Position numbers and translations under genes: made by a program. From contig JAGPDT010000009.1 of assembly GCA_018057455.1 (NCBI GenBank), forward strand, positions 4,586 through 68,585: a DNA stretch of 64,000 nt. The letters are read 5' to 3'. The notes below the pieces were generated by a model. The model was not told the DNA's origin. It searched no databases and was given only the letters and a program-made list of their open reading frames with translations. Shown here one piece after another: positions 32,119-42,380 of the stretch. Position 1 is the stretch's first letter; each line of letters opens with the position of its first letter. Source of the stretch: Flavobacteriales bacterium. GTDB taxonomy: Bacteria > Bacteroidota > Bacteroidia > Flavobacteriales_F > PHOS-HE28.

Positions 32119-33000
32119 ATGACCCTCCATGCACCGATCCTCACCCTGCTGCGTGGCCTGGGCCAGATCATGCTGCAGGAAAATGCCGCCACAGGACTCC
32201 TGTTCCTGGCGGGCATCACCATTGGATCCCCGGTCATGGGCTTGGCCGCGCTCCTCGCCGTGGCCAGTGGTACGCTCACTGCCACCATGCTGCGGTACCG
32301 CAAGGCCGAAGTGGAACAAGGCCTTTACGGCTTCAGCGCCGCATTGGTGGGCGTGGCGCTGGTGCTGTTCCGGGGGCATGGCCCGTGGGTTTGGATGGCC
32401 GTTGGCACAGGTTCGGCAGTGGCCGCCGTCATCCAGCATTACTTCCTGCGGCGCAAGGTCCCTGTGTTCACCTTGCCTTTCGTACTCGTCACTTGGGCTG
32501 CGCTGCTGCTGCTGCCCGCGCCGGGAGAAGCCGCAGCTGTCCCGCCGTCCACCCTGCCGGGAGGAATGTGGGCGGGGGCCCTGGTCCACGGCTTCGGGCA
32601 GGTGATCTTCCAAGACGGCCACATTGCCGGCCTGCTCTTCCTGGTGGCAGTGGCCCTGCATTCGCGCATCGCCGCGCTGTACGGCATGGCCGGTGCCTCC
32701 CTCGCGGCAGGGCTCGCCTTGTGTGGTGGTGCGGATGGATCCGCGGTGGGATCGGGCCTCTGGAGCTTCAACGCGGTGCTGTGCGCCATCGCCTGTTCGG
32801 GCACCAAGCCGCGCAACCTGCTGTTGTTCCTCTTTTCGGTACCGCTTGCCGTGCTGATCGGACAAGCCATGCAAGGCGCGCCGGTTCCCCAACTCACCTT
32901 CCCCTTTGTGGCGGCCACTTGCCTCAGCTTGCTCGTGGAGCACCTGGTCCAACTGATGCGGAAGCGACGCGGCCGGGGTGGCATGCGGCCCGCTGCCTGA
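32119..33000 (+). CDS. urea transporter (UT family)
   Basis: LRGLGQIMLQENAATGLLFLAGI is the typical UT N-terminal motif. About 10 TM segments. Start moved to MTLHAPI. Confidence 0.8.
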   Translation: MTLHAPILTLLRGLGQIMLQENAATGLLFLAGITIGSPVMGLAALLAVASGTLTATMLRYRKAEVEQGLYGFSAALVGVALVLFRGHGPWVWMAVGTGSAVAAVIQHYFLRRKVPVFTLPFVLVTWAALLLLPAPGEAAAVPPSTLPGGMWAGALVHGFGQVIFQDGHIAGLLFLVAVALHSRIAALYGMAGASLAAGLALCGGADGSAVGSGLWSFNAVLCAIACSGTKPRNLLLFLFSVPLAVLIGQAMQGAPVPQLTFPFVAATCLSLLVEHLVQLMRKRRGRGGMRPAA

Positions 33001-33043
33001 CTTCCACAAACCACTACGCTGGCCTTGCGCCCCTCTTTGCGGC

Positions 33044-33616
33044 ATGGAATCCCGATCCCACTACAACAAGACCTTCGAAAAGGTGAAATGGAGCGGACAA
33101 AGTGTGCCCGACCGCGAGTTTGAGCATTGCACCTTTTCGCAGTGCGACCTCTCGCGAAGCGATTTTGCGCGCGGCCGTTTTTCCGATTGCACCTTCATCG
33201 GCTGCGACCTTACCATGGCCAAATTCGCCAATGCCGCATTGCACAACGCGACCTTCAAGGAATGCAAGCTCTTGGGCGTGGACTTCAGCCTGTGCAAGGA
33301 ACTCTTCTTCAAAGTCTCCTTCGAGCAGTGCCTGCTGGACCATGCCGTATTCCACCTGCGCAAGATGGACGGTACGCGCTTCACACGCTGTTCCCTCAAA
33401 GGCGTGGACTTTGAGAACGCCCACTTGAACAAGGCCGTCTTTGACCGCTGCGACCTGGACCAGGCCGTGTTCGTGGACACCCAACTTCAACAAGCGGACC
33501 TCAGCACGGCATACAACCTGGCCATGGACCCGGACCGGAACAAGCTGAAAGGAGCGCGGTTCAGCGTGGACGGAGCGCTGGCGCTGCTGGGGAAGTACGG
33601 ACTGGTGGTGGAGTAG
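33044..33616 (+). CDS. pentapeptide-repeat protein
   Basis: Consecutive A(D/N)LxX repeats, for example CDLSRSDFARGRFSDCTFIGCDLTMAKFANAALHNATF. Confidence 0.85.
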   Translation: MESRSHYNKTFEKVKWSGQSVPDREFEHCTFSQCDLSRSDFARGRFSDCTFIGCDLTMAKFANAALHNATFKECKLLGVDFSLCKELFFKVSFEQCLLDHAVFHLRKMDGTRFTRCSLKGVDFENAHLNKAVFDRCDLDQAVFVDTQLQQADLSTAYNLAMDPDRNKLKGARFSVDGALALLGKYGLVVE

Positions 33617-33756
33617 CCGAACAGATGATCCTTGGATCAGGGGATGGGCTGCCTTTGCCCACGGAGCATCGCAAATCGAGAACGGAGGGTCCAGCGTCGG
33701 GGTCTGCGATCACCTCTGCGTGGCCATGCATCAACTGACCGGAAGCGTACCGCTGT

Positions 33757-34902
33757 TCACGCCACCACCTTCGCGGGCGCCATCACCCGCTCCAACACCT
33801 CCACGGCGCGGTCCACTTCAGCCTCCGTGTTGAACTTGCTGAAGGAGAACCGGATGTTGGCGCCGGTGCGGCCCGGATAGAGCGCGCCAATGACGTGGCT
33901 GCCCTTGTTGCTGCCGCTGCTGCACGCACTGCCGCCGCTGCAGGCGATGCCCTCGATGTCCATGTTGTAGATGAGCATCTCGCCCTTGCCGTCGTCCGGG
34001 AAGTGGAAATTGAGCACCGTGTAAAGGCTGTCCGTGGAAGGATCCCCGTTCACCGTGCTGCCGGGTAGGGCCTGGAGCACCTTTTCGCGCATGCGGTCCT
34101 TGAGCGCTTGAATGTGCCGCTGGTGTTCGTCCAGGTCGCGGTACGCCACCTCCATGGCCTTGGCCAGGGCCACGATGCCGATGATGTTCTCGGTGCCCGC
34201 GCGCATGTTGCGCTCCTGCGCACCGCCCACGATCAGGGGCTTCACCACGGCGCCGTTGCGCATATACAGGAACCCGATGCCCTTGGGCCCATGGAACTTG
34301 TGCGCGCTGCAGGTGAGGAAGTCGATGGGCAGCTGCTCCAGGTCGAAGCGGTAGTGGCCCATGGTCTGCACCGTGTCCGTGTGGAAGAGGGCATTGTACT
34401 TGCGGCACAAGTTGCCGATGGCCACCAGGTCATTGCGGCTGCCCAGCTCATTGTTGGCGTGCATGAGCGAGACCAGCACATGGTCGTGTGCTTTGAGCAG
34501 TTCCTCCACATGGGCCAGGTCGGCCTTGCCTTCAGGTGTAAGCCGGACCCAGTGCACATCGGCTTCTTTGGTGCGTTCCAGTTCCAAGGCCACATGTTCC
34601 ACGGCATGGTGCTCGATGGGCGAGGTGATCACATGCTGCACGCCCAGGTCGCGCACGGCCCCGAGAATGGCCATGTTGTCTGCCTCGGTGCCGCAGCTGG
34701 TGAAGACGATTTCGCCCGGGGCACAATGGAGCAAGGAGGCCACTTTGCGCCGGGCCTGTTCGATGCCCGCCCGTGCCTTGCGCCCGTAGGCATGTACGGC
34801 GCTGGGGTTGCCGAAGTGCTCGCGCATGTAGGGCAGCATGGCATCGATGACCTCGGGGTCCAATTGCGTGGTGGCGGCGTTGTCCAAGTAGATGCGTTCC
34901 AT
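33757..34902 (-). CDS. cysteine desulfurase (NifS/IscS class V aminotransferase)
   Basis: MERIYLDNAATTQLDP, the PLP-Lys context SAHKFHGPKG and the catalytic-Cys loop GGSACSSG. Confidence 0.9.
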   Translation of the reverse strand: MERIYLDNAATTQLDPEVIDAMLPYMREHFGNPSAVHAYGRKARAGIEQARRKVASLLHCAPGEIVFTSCGTEADNMAILGAVRDLGVQHVITSPIEHHAVEHVALELERTKEADVHWVRLTPEGKADLAHVEELLKAHDHVLVSLMHANNELGSRNDLVAIGNLCRKYNALFHTDTVQTMGHYRFDLEQLPIDFLTCSAHKFHGPKGIGFLYMRNGAVVKPLIVGGAQERNMRAGTENIIGIVALAKAMEVAYRDLDEHQRHIQALKDRMREKVLQALPGSTVNGDPSTDSLYTVLNFHFPDDGKGEMLIYNMDIEGIACSGGSACSSGSNKGSHVIGALYPGRTGANIRFSFSKFNTEAEVDRAVEVLERVMAPAKVVA

Positions 34903-35055
34903 GGTAGCGCCCAAAAATACAGGGTTCCGTGGATGACCGTGGTCATTTCCATGGCATGCCTGCATCCCCAAACCAGCCCCTTGCCGCCCACCGCCTCCAA
35001 ATCCCCGGCATATGCAGCGCCGATGGGGCGCCTGGGCCTGCGGTGCCCTGCGCGC

Positions 35056-36432
35056 TCAAGGCGTGCCCAGCAGGGTGACCACGCCGGAAGCGTGTTCCTC
35101 CGAAGATCCTCCGCTGTTGAGCAGTTTGCCGTACCGGATGGTCCAGAAGTAGGTGCCCGCCGGCACCAGGCCGCCCTCCACGCGCCCGTTCCAGCGATTG
35201 TTCGCACTTTGTGTGGAAAACACCACCTGCCCCCACCGGTTGCGGATCTCCATGGCGAACCAGAGCGGTGGATTGACAAGGATGGGGCCGAAGCCATCGT
35301 TGATGCCATCCCCGTTCGGGGTGAACACGTTGGGCATGCTGAGGTCGGTGCCGCAGGTGTCCGGCAGGAAGCTGACGGCCCCTTGGACATTCAGGCAATG
35401 TCCATCGCTCACGGTGAGTGCGTAGGTCCCCGGTTCAGGCACGGTGATGCCGGGGGTGTTCTCGCCCGTGCTCCAGGCATAGGTGATGTCCGGGTCCGGC
35501 CAGCCCGGGGGGGCCAAGGCCGCCATCACCTCGGCGGTTTCGCCCGGGCAAAGGTCGCCTCCTGTACCCAGGTCCAGTGTGGGCTGCGGGGGCATCACGG
35601 TGATCTCGATGGAATCCGTCCAGGTGCAGAGCGGTGCGAATTCGATGTCGTCCAGGGCAAAGTCATTCCCGTCCAAGGCCAACTGCTGGTTGATGATGCA
35701 GATGGTGACAGAGGTTTCCGCGCCCGAGTTCCACACCGCATAGAACTGGTCCCATTCACAGGTGGTGCTGGAAGCCAGCAAGGGCGTGCCCAGGCTTTGG
35801 CCGTTCACCTGGAAGTCCATGATCGCGGGGTTGCTTGGCGTAGTGGACATCAGCCAGGCGGAAAAGGCGTACGGGGTGTTGGGCGTCACCTCCACGGTCT
35901 GGCACCAGATGTCCGCATCGGCCAGTCCCGAGCCGTTCACCACCAGCATCTGGCCGCTGCCGCTGTGGTCCGTGCAGGGGGTGAAGTTGTTGTGCACCAA
36001 CACGGGGTCCGTGGTGATGGCATAGGTGCCCTCGGAACTGAGCAGGCCCCATGAACCGCCCCAACCGTAAGTGAAATCCGTGGTGAAGAGGGTATCGCCC
36101 ATGGAGAAGTCCCCGTTCTGCACCTCGTTGTCGCCGGTTATGGGGAACAGGGCCGTGCACCAGTAGGTACCGGAGCCTTCCGTATTGATGAGCTGGGATT
36201 GCTGGCCGTTCTGCCATTCCATGGCCAAGGCCCCATCGGGCCCATGCAGCAGCACGTACTGGCCAGCGCAAAGAGTGGTATCGGGGCCCAAGCTGAACGC
36301 ACAGGCTTGGGCGTTCAATTCAACCGGCATGGACCACAGGGAGCCAAGGATCAATCCCACGGCCACGCGGCGACAAGTTCGGGTGCACATGCATGCAAGT
36401 ATACCGCCCAACGCCGCTTTGGCACGAACCAC
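35056..36432 (-). CDS. secreted protein with T9SS type B (gliding-motility-associated) C-terminal domain
   Basis: C-terminal NVFTPNGDGINDGF...NRWNGR...PAGTYFW. Has an N-terminal signal-like region. Confidence 0.8.
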   Translation of the reverse strand: MVRAKAALGGILACMCTRTCRRVAVGLILGSLWSMPVELNAQACAFSLGPDTTLCAGQYVLLHGPDGALAMEWQNGQQSQLINTEGSGTYWCTALFPITGDNEVQNGDFSMGDTLFTTDFTYGWGGSWGLLSSEGTYAITTDPVLVHNNFTPCTDHSGSGQMLVVNGSGLADADIWCQTVEVTPNTPYAFSAWLMSTTPSNPAIMDFQVNGQSLGTPLLASSTTCEWDQFYAVWNSGAETSVTICIINQQLALDGNDFALDDIEFAPLCTWTDSIEITVMPPQPTLDLGTGGDLCPGETAEVMAALAPPGWPDPDITYAWSTGENTPGITVPEPGTYALTVSDGHCLNVQGAVSFLPDTCGTDLSMPNVFTPNGDGINDGFGPILVNPPLWFAMEIRNRWGQVVFSTQSANNRWNGRVEGGLVPAGTYFWTIRYGKLLNSGGSSEEHASGVVTLLGTP

Positions 36433-36477
36433 CGTGCAGGGCTCCCGTGGACGCCCGGCCCGCGTGGCGTATCCGCC

Positions 36478-37236
36478 CTACTGTTCGAGCGCCTTGTCGC
36501 TGGCGGCCACGCCGAAGCGGTAAGCGAGCCCCGCGGTGAGGAATGTCCTTTCTTCCCGGGCGAACAGCGCCCTCCCTCCGGCCAGGTCCACTTGCAGCAC
36601 CGGGGTCAAGGCGAACAGCACACCGGCATCCACATTGTGTTGCGGAGGGCCTTGGGAAAAGGTGGCGAAATACTCCACGAAGGCCGATAGGCGATCACCG
36701 GCACTGTAACCCAGCCCGCAGGTGAGGTTGAAATTGCGGAATGGGTCGGAGGTGCCCAGGTTGTACCCCAGTCCGAAGCGTTCGGAGAGGTCCTGTTCAA
36801 AAGCGAGCTTCAGCTCCGTGGTGATCCGGTCTTCCTGGAACTCACCCGTTGCCAAGGCTCCGATCCCGGCGTAGCCCACGAAGGCGATGGCGGGCAAGGC
36901 CCCGCGCGCTTCCACCAGGCGCTGCTTCACGCTGAATACCACCAGCAACAAGCCGCTTTCACCGGCCACTGTACCGGCATCCACCACCAGCCTCGCCTCG
37001 CTGCGTTTGCCCAACCCGTACCGCACCATCAGGTCGTTCAGCAGCAGGTCTTCCGCCAGGTTGATGCCGTTCTCCAGCTGGAACACGCCCACGGGAACCG
37101 TGTACACGCCATCACTTTGGTCGGGCCGGTCGGTGCTGATGGTTTCCGGTCCCTGCGCCCGTACCACCGTCCCGGCACCTATGGCCAGGGCCGCCAGTAG
37201 CAGCTTTCCGAAGGTGGCGGGTCGCGCGGGCTTCAT
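36478..37236 (-). CDS. outer-membrane transporter (MetA-pathway/Phenol_MetA_deg-like beta-barrel)
   Basis: Signal peptide followed by ISTDRPDQSDGVYTVPVGVFQLENG, the characteristic family N-terminus. Confidence 0.7.
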   Translation of the reverse strand: MKPARPATFGKLLLAALAIGAGTVVRAQGPETISTDRPDQSDGVYTVPVGVFQLENGINLAEDLLLNDLMVRYGLGKRSEARLVVDAGTVAGESGLLLVVFSVKQRLVEARGALPAIAFVGYAGIGALATGEFQEDRITTELKLAFEQDLSERFGLGYNLGTSDPFRNFNLTCGLGYSAGDRLSAFVEYFATFSQGPPQHNVDAGVLFALTPVLQVDLAGGRALFAREERTFLTAGLAYRFGVAASDKALEQ

Positions 37237-37463
37237 ACGAGGAGAATGACCGGGAACGTGCCCAAGCCGACCGGGTGAAAGTAGGGGTCACCGCGGAAAG
37301 CCCTCCCTTGTGCGGGGATCCAGGTTCAGTTGGCATCCGGCATCCACCGGTCCCTGCTCCGGTGTCGCAGGGCGTTCTTCGCGCAGCCCATGCACAAGGT
37401 GAACAGGGTGAAGGTGCGATCGGTCCTGGTCCCGCTTTCAACGCAGCACCGCTTGGCCCTCAC

Positions 37464-38879
37464 TTACCCCCCAGCCGTAGCTCCGGCCAATTCCCGCATT
37501 TCCCCCATGATCCGTTGGGCCAGGGCATCGGCTTTTTCCGCGGAATCGCTTTCCGCATAGATCCGCACGATGGGTTCGGTGTTGCTCTTGCGCAGGTGCA
37601 CCCACTGCTTGCCGAATTCGATGCGAAGGCCGTCCACGGTGCTGTGCGGTTCCGTTTGATGGCGCTGCTGCATGGCGTCCACCAGGGCTTGCACGTCCAT
37701 GCCCCCCGGGCCTGACCCGGGTTTCAGCTCGATCTTGTTCTTGCTGATGAAATAGGCCGGGTAGCTGCGGCGCAATTCCGTGGCCTTGATCCCTTTCTTC
37801 GCCAACAGCGTGAGGAAAAGCGCAATGCCCGCCAAGGCATCGCGGCCATAGTGCAGTTCGCTGAGGATCACCCCGCCGTTGCCTTCGCCACCGATGGGTG
37901 CGTCCACCTGTTTCATCAGTTCCACCACGTTCACCTCGCCCACCGCGCTGGCATGGCGCCTGCGGCCGTGGCGCGCGGCCACGTCGTCCAAGGCCCGGGT
38001 GCTGCTGAGGTTGCTCACGGTATCTCCCGGGCGGTGGGCCAGCACATGATCCGCGCAGGCCACCAGGGTGTACTCCTCGCCAAAGAGGCTGCCGTCCTCG
38101 CAGACCAAGGCCAAGCGGTCCACATCGGGGTCCACGGCGATACCCAGGTCCGCATGCTGCCCGGTGACCATCCCGCAGAGGTCCTTCAAGTGCTCGGGCA
38201 GCGGTTCGGGGTTGTGCGGGAATTGGCCATTGGGCTCGCAGTACAGTTCCACCACCTGTACCCCCAGGGCCTCAAGCAATTGTGGCACGGCCACGCCGCC
38301 CACGCTGTTCACCGCATCCAGCACCACTTTGTACCGGCGTGCGGCAATGGCCTTGGCATCCACCAGGTCCAGCTTGAGGATGGCATCGATGTGCTTCTTC
38401 GTCCAGGAATGATCTTCACGCACCAGGCCCAGTTCATCCACGGGCACGAAGTCCACCTCGCCGCTTTCCGCCAAGCGCAAGACTTCCGCCCCTTGTTCGG
38501 CACTGATGAACTCACCCCTGGCATTGAGCAGCTTCAAGGCATTCCACTGTTTGGGGTTGTGGCTGGCCGTGAGGATGATGCCGGCCTGGGCCTGTTCACC
38601 GGGCACGGCCATTTCCACGGTGGGCGTGGTGGCCAGGCCGAGGTCCACCACCTCATAGCCCAGTGCCACCAGGGTGGCCCGCACCAGATCGGCCACCATG
38701 GGGCCGCTGGGCCTGGCATCGCGCCCGATGACCGCTTTGGGCCGCGACGTGCCCGCCTCTTCCTTCATCAGGTGGCCGAAGGCGGCGGTGTAGCGGACCA
38801 CATCGAGGGGTGACAGTCCATCGCCCGCCGCACCGCCGATGGTGCCACGGATCCCGGAAATGGATCGGATCAAGGTCAT
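37464..38879 (-). CDS. glmM: phosphoglucosamine mutase
   Basis: MTLIRSISGIRGTIGG and the phosphoserine loop TASHNP. This is the lower part of the artefactual 992-aa ORF 37464..40442. Confidence 0.9.
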   Translation of the reverse strand: MTLIRSISGIRGTIGGAAGDGLSPLDVVRYTAAFGHLMKEEAGTSRPKAVIGRDARPSGPMVADLVRATLVALGYEVVDLGLATTPTVEMAVPGEQAQAGIILTASHNPKQWNALKLLNARGEFISAEQGAEVLRLAESGEVDFVPVDELGLVREDHSWTKKHIDAILKLDLVDAKAIAARRYKVVLDAVNSVGGVAVPQLLEALGVQVVELYCEPNGQFPHNPEPLPEHLKDLCGMVTGQHADLGIAVDPDVDRLALVCEDGSLFGEEYTLVACADHVLAHRPGDTVSNLSSTRALDDVAARHGRRRHASAVGEVNVVELMKQVDAPIGGEGNGGVILSELHYGRDALAGIALFLTLLAKKGIKATELRRSYPAYFISKNKIELKPGSGPGGMDVQALVDAMQQRHQTEPHSTVDGLRIEFGKQWVHLRKSNTEPIVRIYAESDSAEKADALAQRIMGEMRELAGATAGG

Positions 38880-39071
38880 GTTTTCAAGGTATGCCGGTTT
38901 TTTGCGCGGCCCGCCAGCACCCGTCGCCGCGGCCACAGCGCGCAAAAGTACCGAGAGCACCAAGGAGTTGGCCGAAATATGGTGCACCGCGGTTTGTTCA
39001 CAACGCAATGGCCACCCCACCGTGGCGCCGCGTGCTTTTCTACCTTTGGACGGTTTAAGCGCCATCCCATT

Positions 39072-40484
39072 ATGAGTGAAGCCCATCGCCCGTCGCCGGA
39101 GCGCAATGCCGACCAGGAGCAGTGTGTGCGGCGCTACGAGGCCATGGAAGCCTCCAAGGACCGCTTCTTCTTCGATGTGGAGGAATTCGAGCTGATCGTG
39201 GACCACTACTTGGAAGGCAACGAGCCGCGCAAGGCGGCCCGGGCGGTGGAGTTCGCCAAGCAATTGCACCCTTCCTCCCTGCAGATCACCTTCTGCGAGG
39301 CCGTGGTGATGATGGCCCTGGGCCGCCTGAGCAAGGCCTTGGAACTCTTGGACACCGTGGAGAAAGTGGAGCCGTGGAACGAGGATGTACAGCTCAACAA
39401 GGCGGGCATCTACAGCCAGCAGCGCAACCACCGGCGCGCCGTGGAACACTATAAACGTGCGCTGGACCTGGCGGAGGAAGGTGCCGACGAGATCCACCTG
39501 GACCTGGCCTTTGAATATGAGAACCTGGAGGACTTCGACTCGGCCATTGAGTGCCTCAAGCATGCCTTGGAACTGAACCCGGAGAACGAAGCCGTGCTGT
39601 TCGAACTGGCCTACTGCTACGACCTGGCCGGTGCGGACGAGGCCAGTATCTCCTTCTTCCGCCAATTCACCAACGAACAGCCGTATTCCAGCGTGGCCTG
39701 GTACAACCTGGGCAACGTGTACTCCAAACTGGAGCAGTACGACGAGAGCAACCAAGCCTTGGACCTGGCCATGGTCATCGATGAACGCTTCAGCTCGGCC
39801 TACTTCAGCAAGGCACGGAACCTGCTGATCCAGTCGCGCTTCGAGGAGGCCATTGCATGTTATGAGGAGACCTTGGTATTTGACGGCCCCCAGGCCATCA
39901 CCTACAGCTTCATCGGCGAGTGCTACGAAAAGATGGAGCGTTTGGAACAGGCCCTGGTCAACTACGACCAGAGCATCGCCATGGACCCCGAATGGGTGGA
40001 CGCATGGATCGGGCGGGGCGTGGTGAAGGACCTGCAGGGCAAGCTCCCCGAAGCCCTCCAATGCTTGCAACATGCCGTACGCCTCAGCGCGGAAAACCCC
40101 GATGCCTGGTATTGCCTGGCTTCGGTGCTGGCGCGCTTGGAGCGATACGACGAAGCCTTCGCCGCCTACACCAAGCTGAACGTGCTGGAACCGCAGAACT
40201 TGGACGGCTGGCTGGACCATGCGGACCTGCACCTGGAGATGAAAGGCGCCGAAGCCGCCGTGCAGAAGCTGCAGGAAGCCGCCCAAATCCACCTGTTGAG
40301 CGCCCGCTTCAAGTACCGCCTGGCCAGCTACCTGATCCGTGCCGCCCAAGAACAGCAGGGATTGTTGGTGCTGGAAGAGGCCCTGGCCATCGACCACGCC
40401 GCCCACACGCAATTCATGGAACACTGGCCCGGGGCGGCCCAACTACCGCAAGTGATCCATCTCATTGAGCTATACCGCAAATGA
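39072..40484 (+). CDS. TPR-repeat protein
   Basis: Multiple 34-aa repeats (AWYNLGNVYSKLEQYDESNQALDLAMVID...). Start moved to MSEAHRP. Confidence 0.8.
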   Translation: MSEAHRPSPERNADQEQCVRRYEAMEASKDRFFFDVEEFELIVDHYLEGNEPRKAARAVEFAKQLHPSSLQITFCEAVVMMALGRLSKALELLDTVEKVEPWNEDVQLNKAGIYSQQRNHRRAVEHYKRALDLAEEGADEIHLDLAFEYENLEDFDSAIECLKHALELNPENEAVLFELAYCYDLAGADEASISFFRQFTNEQPYSSVAWYNLGNVYSKLEQYDESNQALDLAMVIDERFSSAYFSKARNLLIQSRFEEAIACYEETLVFDGPQAITYSFIGECYEKMERLEQALVNYDQSIAMDPEWVDAWIGRGVVKDLQGKLPEALQCLQHAVRLSAENPDAWYCLASVLARLERYDEAFAAYTKLNVLEPQNLDGWLDHADLHLEMKGAEAAVQKLQEAAQIHLLSARFKYRLASYLIRAAQEQQGLLVLEEALAIDHAAHTQFMEHWPGAAQLPQVIHLIELYRK

Positions 40485-41335
40485 ATTTCAGACTGGACCA
40501 TATCCCTCCCCGCGCCACCAGCCCGCGGGAGGAAGGGCTGACCATGGTGATGGACAAAGGCCTGAGCCTGCGCCAGGCCGAAGACCTGATCGATGGATCG
40601 GGCCACCTCACCGACCTGGTGAAGCTTGGCTTCGGCACCAGCTACATCACGCCCCGCCTCAAGGACAAGATCGCCCTTTACCAGAGCGCAGGCATCAAGG
40701 TATACCTGGGCGGCACCTTGTTCGAGGCGTTCATCGCCCGTGGCCAGTTCAATGCCTACCGCAAGCTGCTGGACGAACTCAAGCTGCAAGCGGTGGAAGT
40801 CTCCGACGGGTCCATTGACCTGGAGCATGACCAGAAGCTGCAGTTCATCAATACCCTTGCCCGGGACCACACCGTGCTCAGCGAGGTGGGCAGCAAGGAG
40901 ACCGGCATCCTGATCAGCCCGGCCAAGTGGGTGCGCATGATGAACTCCGAACTGGACGCGGGCAGCTGGAAGGTGATCGCCGAGGCGCGTGAAAGCGGCA
41001 CCGTGGGGATCTACCGGCCAAGCGGCCATGCCCACACCACTTTGGTGAACCGCATCATGGCCAAGGTGCCCCGCCAGGACATCATCTGGGAGGCCCCGAT
41101 CAAGAGCCAGCAAACCTGGTTCATCAAGCAGGTGGGCCCCAATGTGAACCTGGGCAACGTGGCCCCGGACGAGGTGATCGCCTTGGAGGCCTTGCGCTTG
41201 GGCCTGCGCGGTGATACCTTCTTCGACAACCTGCCTCCGGCCATCGCCGAAAACCTCCGCCAGGTGAAACAGGAGAAGCCCGACGGCGAGCCCCAGGAGG
41301 AACCCCAAGCCAAGGAAAAGGCCAAAGCCAAATGA
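40481..41335 (+). CDS. comA: (2R)-phospho-3-sulfolactate synthase (ComA family) with K/E-rich tail
   Basis: GLTMVMDKGL...DLVKLGFGTSYI...IKVYLGGTLFE...VEVSDGSI is ComA-like. Start overlaps the TPR gene stop. Confidence 0.75.
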   Translation: MNFRLDHIPPRATSPREEGLTMVMDKGLSLRQAEDLIDGSGHLTDLVKLGFGTSYITPRLKDKIALYQSAGIKVYLGGTLFEAFIARGQFNAYRKLLDELKLQAVEVSDGSIDLEHDQKLQFINTLARDHTVLSEVGSKETGILISPAKWVRMMNSELDAGSWKVIAEARESGTVGIYRPSGHAHTTLVNRIMAKVPRQDIIWEAPIKSQQTWFIKQVGPNVNLGNVAPDEVIALEALRLGLRGDTFFDNLPPAIAENLRQVKQEKPDGEPQEEPQAKEKAKAK

Positions 41336-41649
41336 AGCAGATCACCGCCGTGGAGCTCCAACGCATGAAGGAGGCCGGCGAGCGGTTCCTCATCATCGAC
41401 GTGCGCGAACCCTATGAGCTGGAAATATGCGCCATCGGTGGCACCAGCCTGCCCATGAGCCAGTTGATCGACCGCCTGGACGAAATCCCCAAGGACATTC
41501 CCGTGGTGGTGCACTGCAACAGCGGTTCGCGCAGCTGTGCCGTGGTGGACTCCCTGACCACACGCTACGGTTACACCAACGTCATCAACCTCAAAGGCGG
41601 CATCCAGGCGTGGCAATCGGAAGTGGATGCCACGTTGAAGTGTGAGTGA
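41332..41649 (+). CDS. rhodanese-like domain protein
   Basis: 105 aa. Active-site loop VVHCNSGSRS. Start overlaps the comA stop. Confidence 0.85.
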   Translation: MKQITAVELQRMKEAGERFLIIDVREPYELEICAIGGTSLPMSQLIDRLDEIPKDIPVVVHCNSGSRSCAVVDSLTTRYGYTNVINLKGGIQAWQSEVDATLKCE

Positions 41650-41657
41650 GGTGGTCC

Positions 41658-41680
41658 GTAGTCAGTTGTCGGTTGTCATT
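41658..41680. repeat. GTCAGTTGTCGGTTGTC-type repeat unit
   Basis: GTAGTCAGTTGTCGGTTGTCATT. The same motif family occurs at 55433-55513 and 56318-56390. Confidence 0.5.
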
Positions 41681-41708
41681 CGATCATTCATAGCCCTTAC
41701 ACCAACCC

Positions 41709-42377
41709 ATGGACCTGCTCCTCTCCTTTTGGCATTTCATCACCCACCTGAATGAAACGCTGCCGGTGTTCATCAGCGACCACGGCAACCTGATCTACCT
41801 GCTGCTGTTCATGATCATTTTCGTGGAGACGGGCCTGGTGGTGATGCCCTTCCTTCCCGGTGATTCCCTGCTGTTCGTGGCGGGCTCACTGGCCGCCATC
41901 GGCGCCCTGAACCTCTACCTCCTGCTGGCCCTCCTGATCCCCGCCGCGATCCTGGGCGACACCCTCAACTACTGGGCCGGCGAGTATTTCGGGGACCGCA
42001 TCACCCAATTCACCCTGTTCGGCAGGCGGCTCGTGCGCCAGAAAGACCTGGACAAGACCCACTCCTACTTTGAGAAGTACGGGGTGCGCACCATCGTCAT
42101 TGCCCGTTTCGTGCCCATCGTACGCACCTTGGCGCCCTTCGTGGCCGGCATTGGCAAAATGGACTACCGCCGCAAATTCCTGCCGTACAACATCATCGGC
42201 GGCGTGTTCTGGATCAGCCTGCTGCTGGTGGCGGGCTTTCTCTTCGGCCAGCATCCCTTCGTGCAGAAGAACTATGAAACGGTGATCCTGGGCATCGTCT
42301 TCATTTCGGTGCTGCCCATGGTGATCGAGTTCGTGCGCATGCGCTTCGCCCCCAAGCAAGCCGGCGGTAGCGCATAA
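41709..42377 (+). CDS. DedA/VTT-family membrane protein
   Basis: FVETGLVVMPFLPGDSLLF and RFVPIVRTLAPFVAG are DedA signatures. Confidence 0.85.
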   Translation: MDLLLSFWHFITHLNETLPVFISDHGNLIYLLLFMIIFVETGLVVMPFLPGDSLLFVAGSLAAIGALNLYLLLALLIPAAILGDTLNYWAGEYFGDRITQFTLFGRRLVRQKDLDKTHSYFEKYGVRTIVIARFVPIVRTLAPFVAGIGKMDYRRKFLPYNIIGGVFWISLLLVAGFLFGQHPFVQKNYETVILGIVFISVLPMVIEFVRMRFAPKQAGGSA

Positions 42378-42380
42378 CTT

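Noticed and set aside
37464-40442. A 992-aa ORF suggesting a giant minus-strand protein.
   Set aside because: Only the part downstream of the ATG at 38879 (glmM) looks real. The upstream 520 aa is an open antisense frame over the plus-strand TPR gene, with low-complexity G/Q/V/H/A composition.
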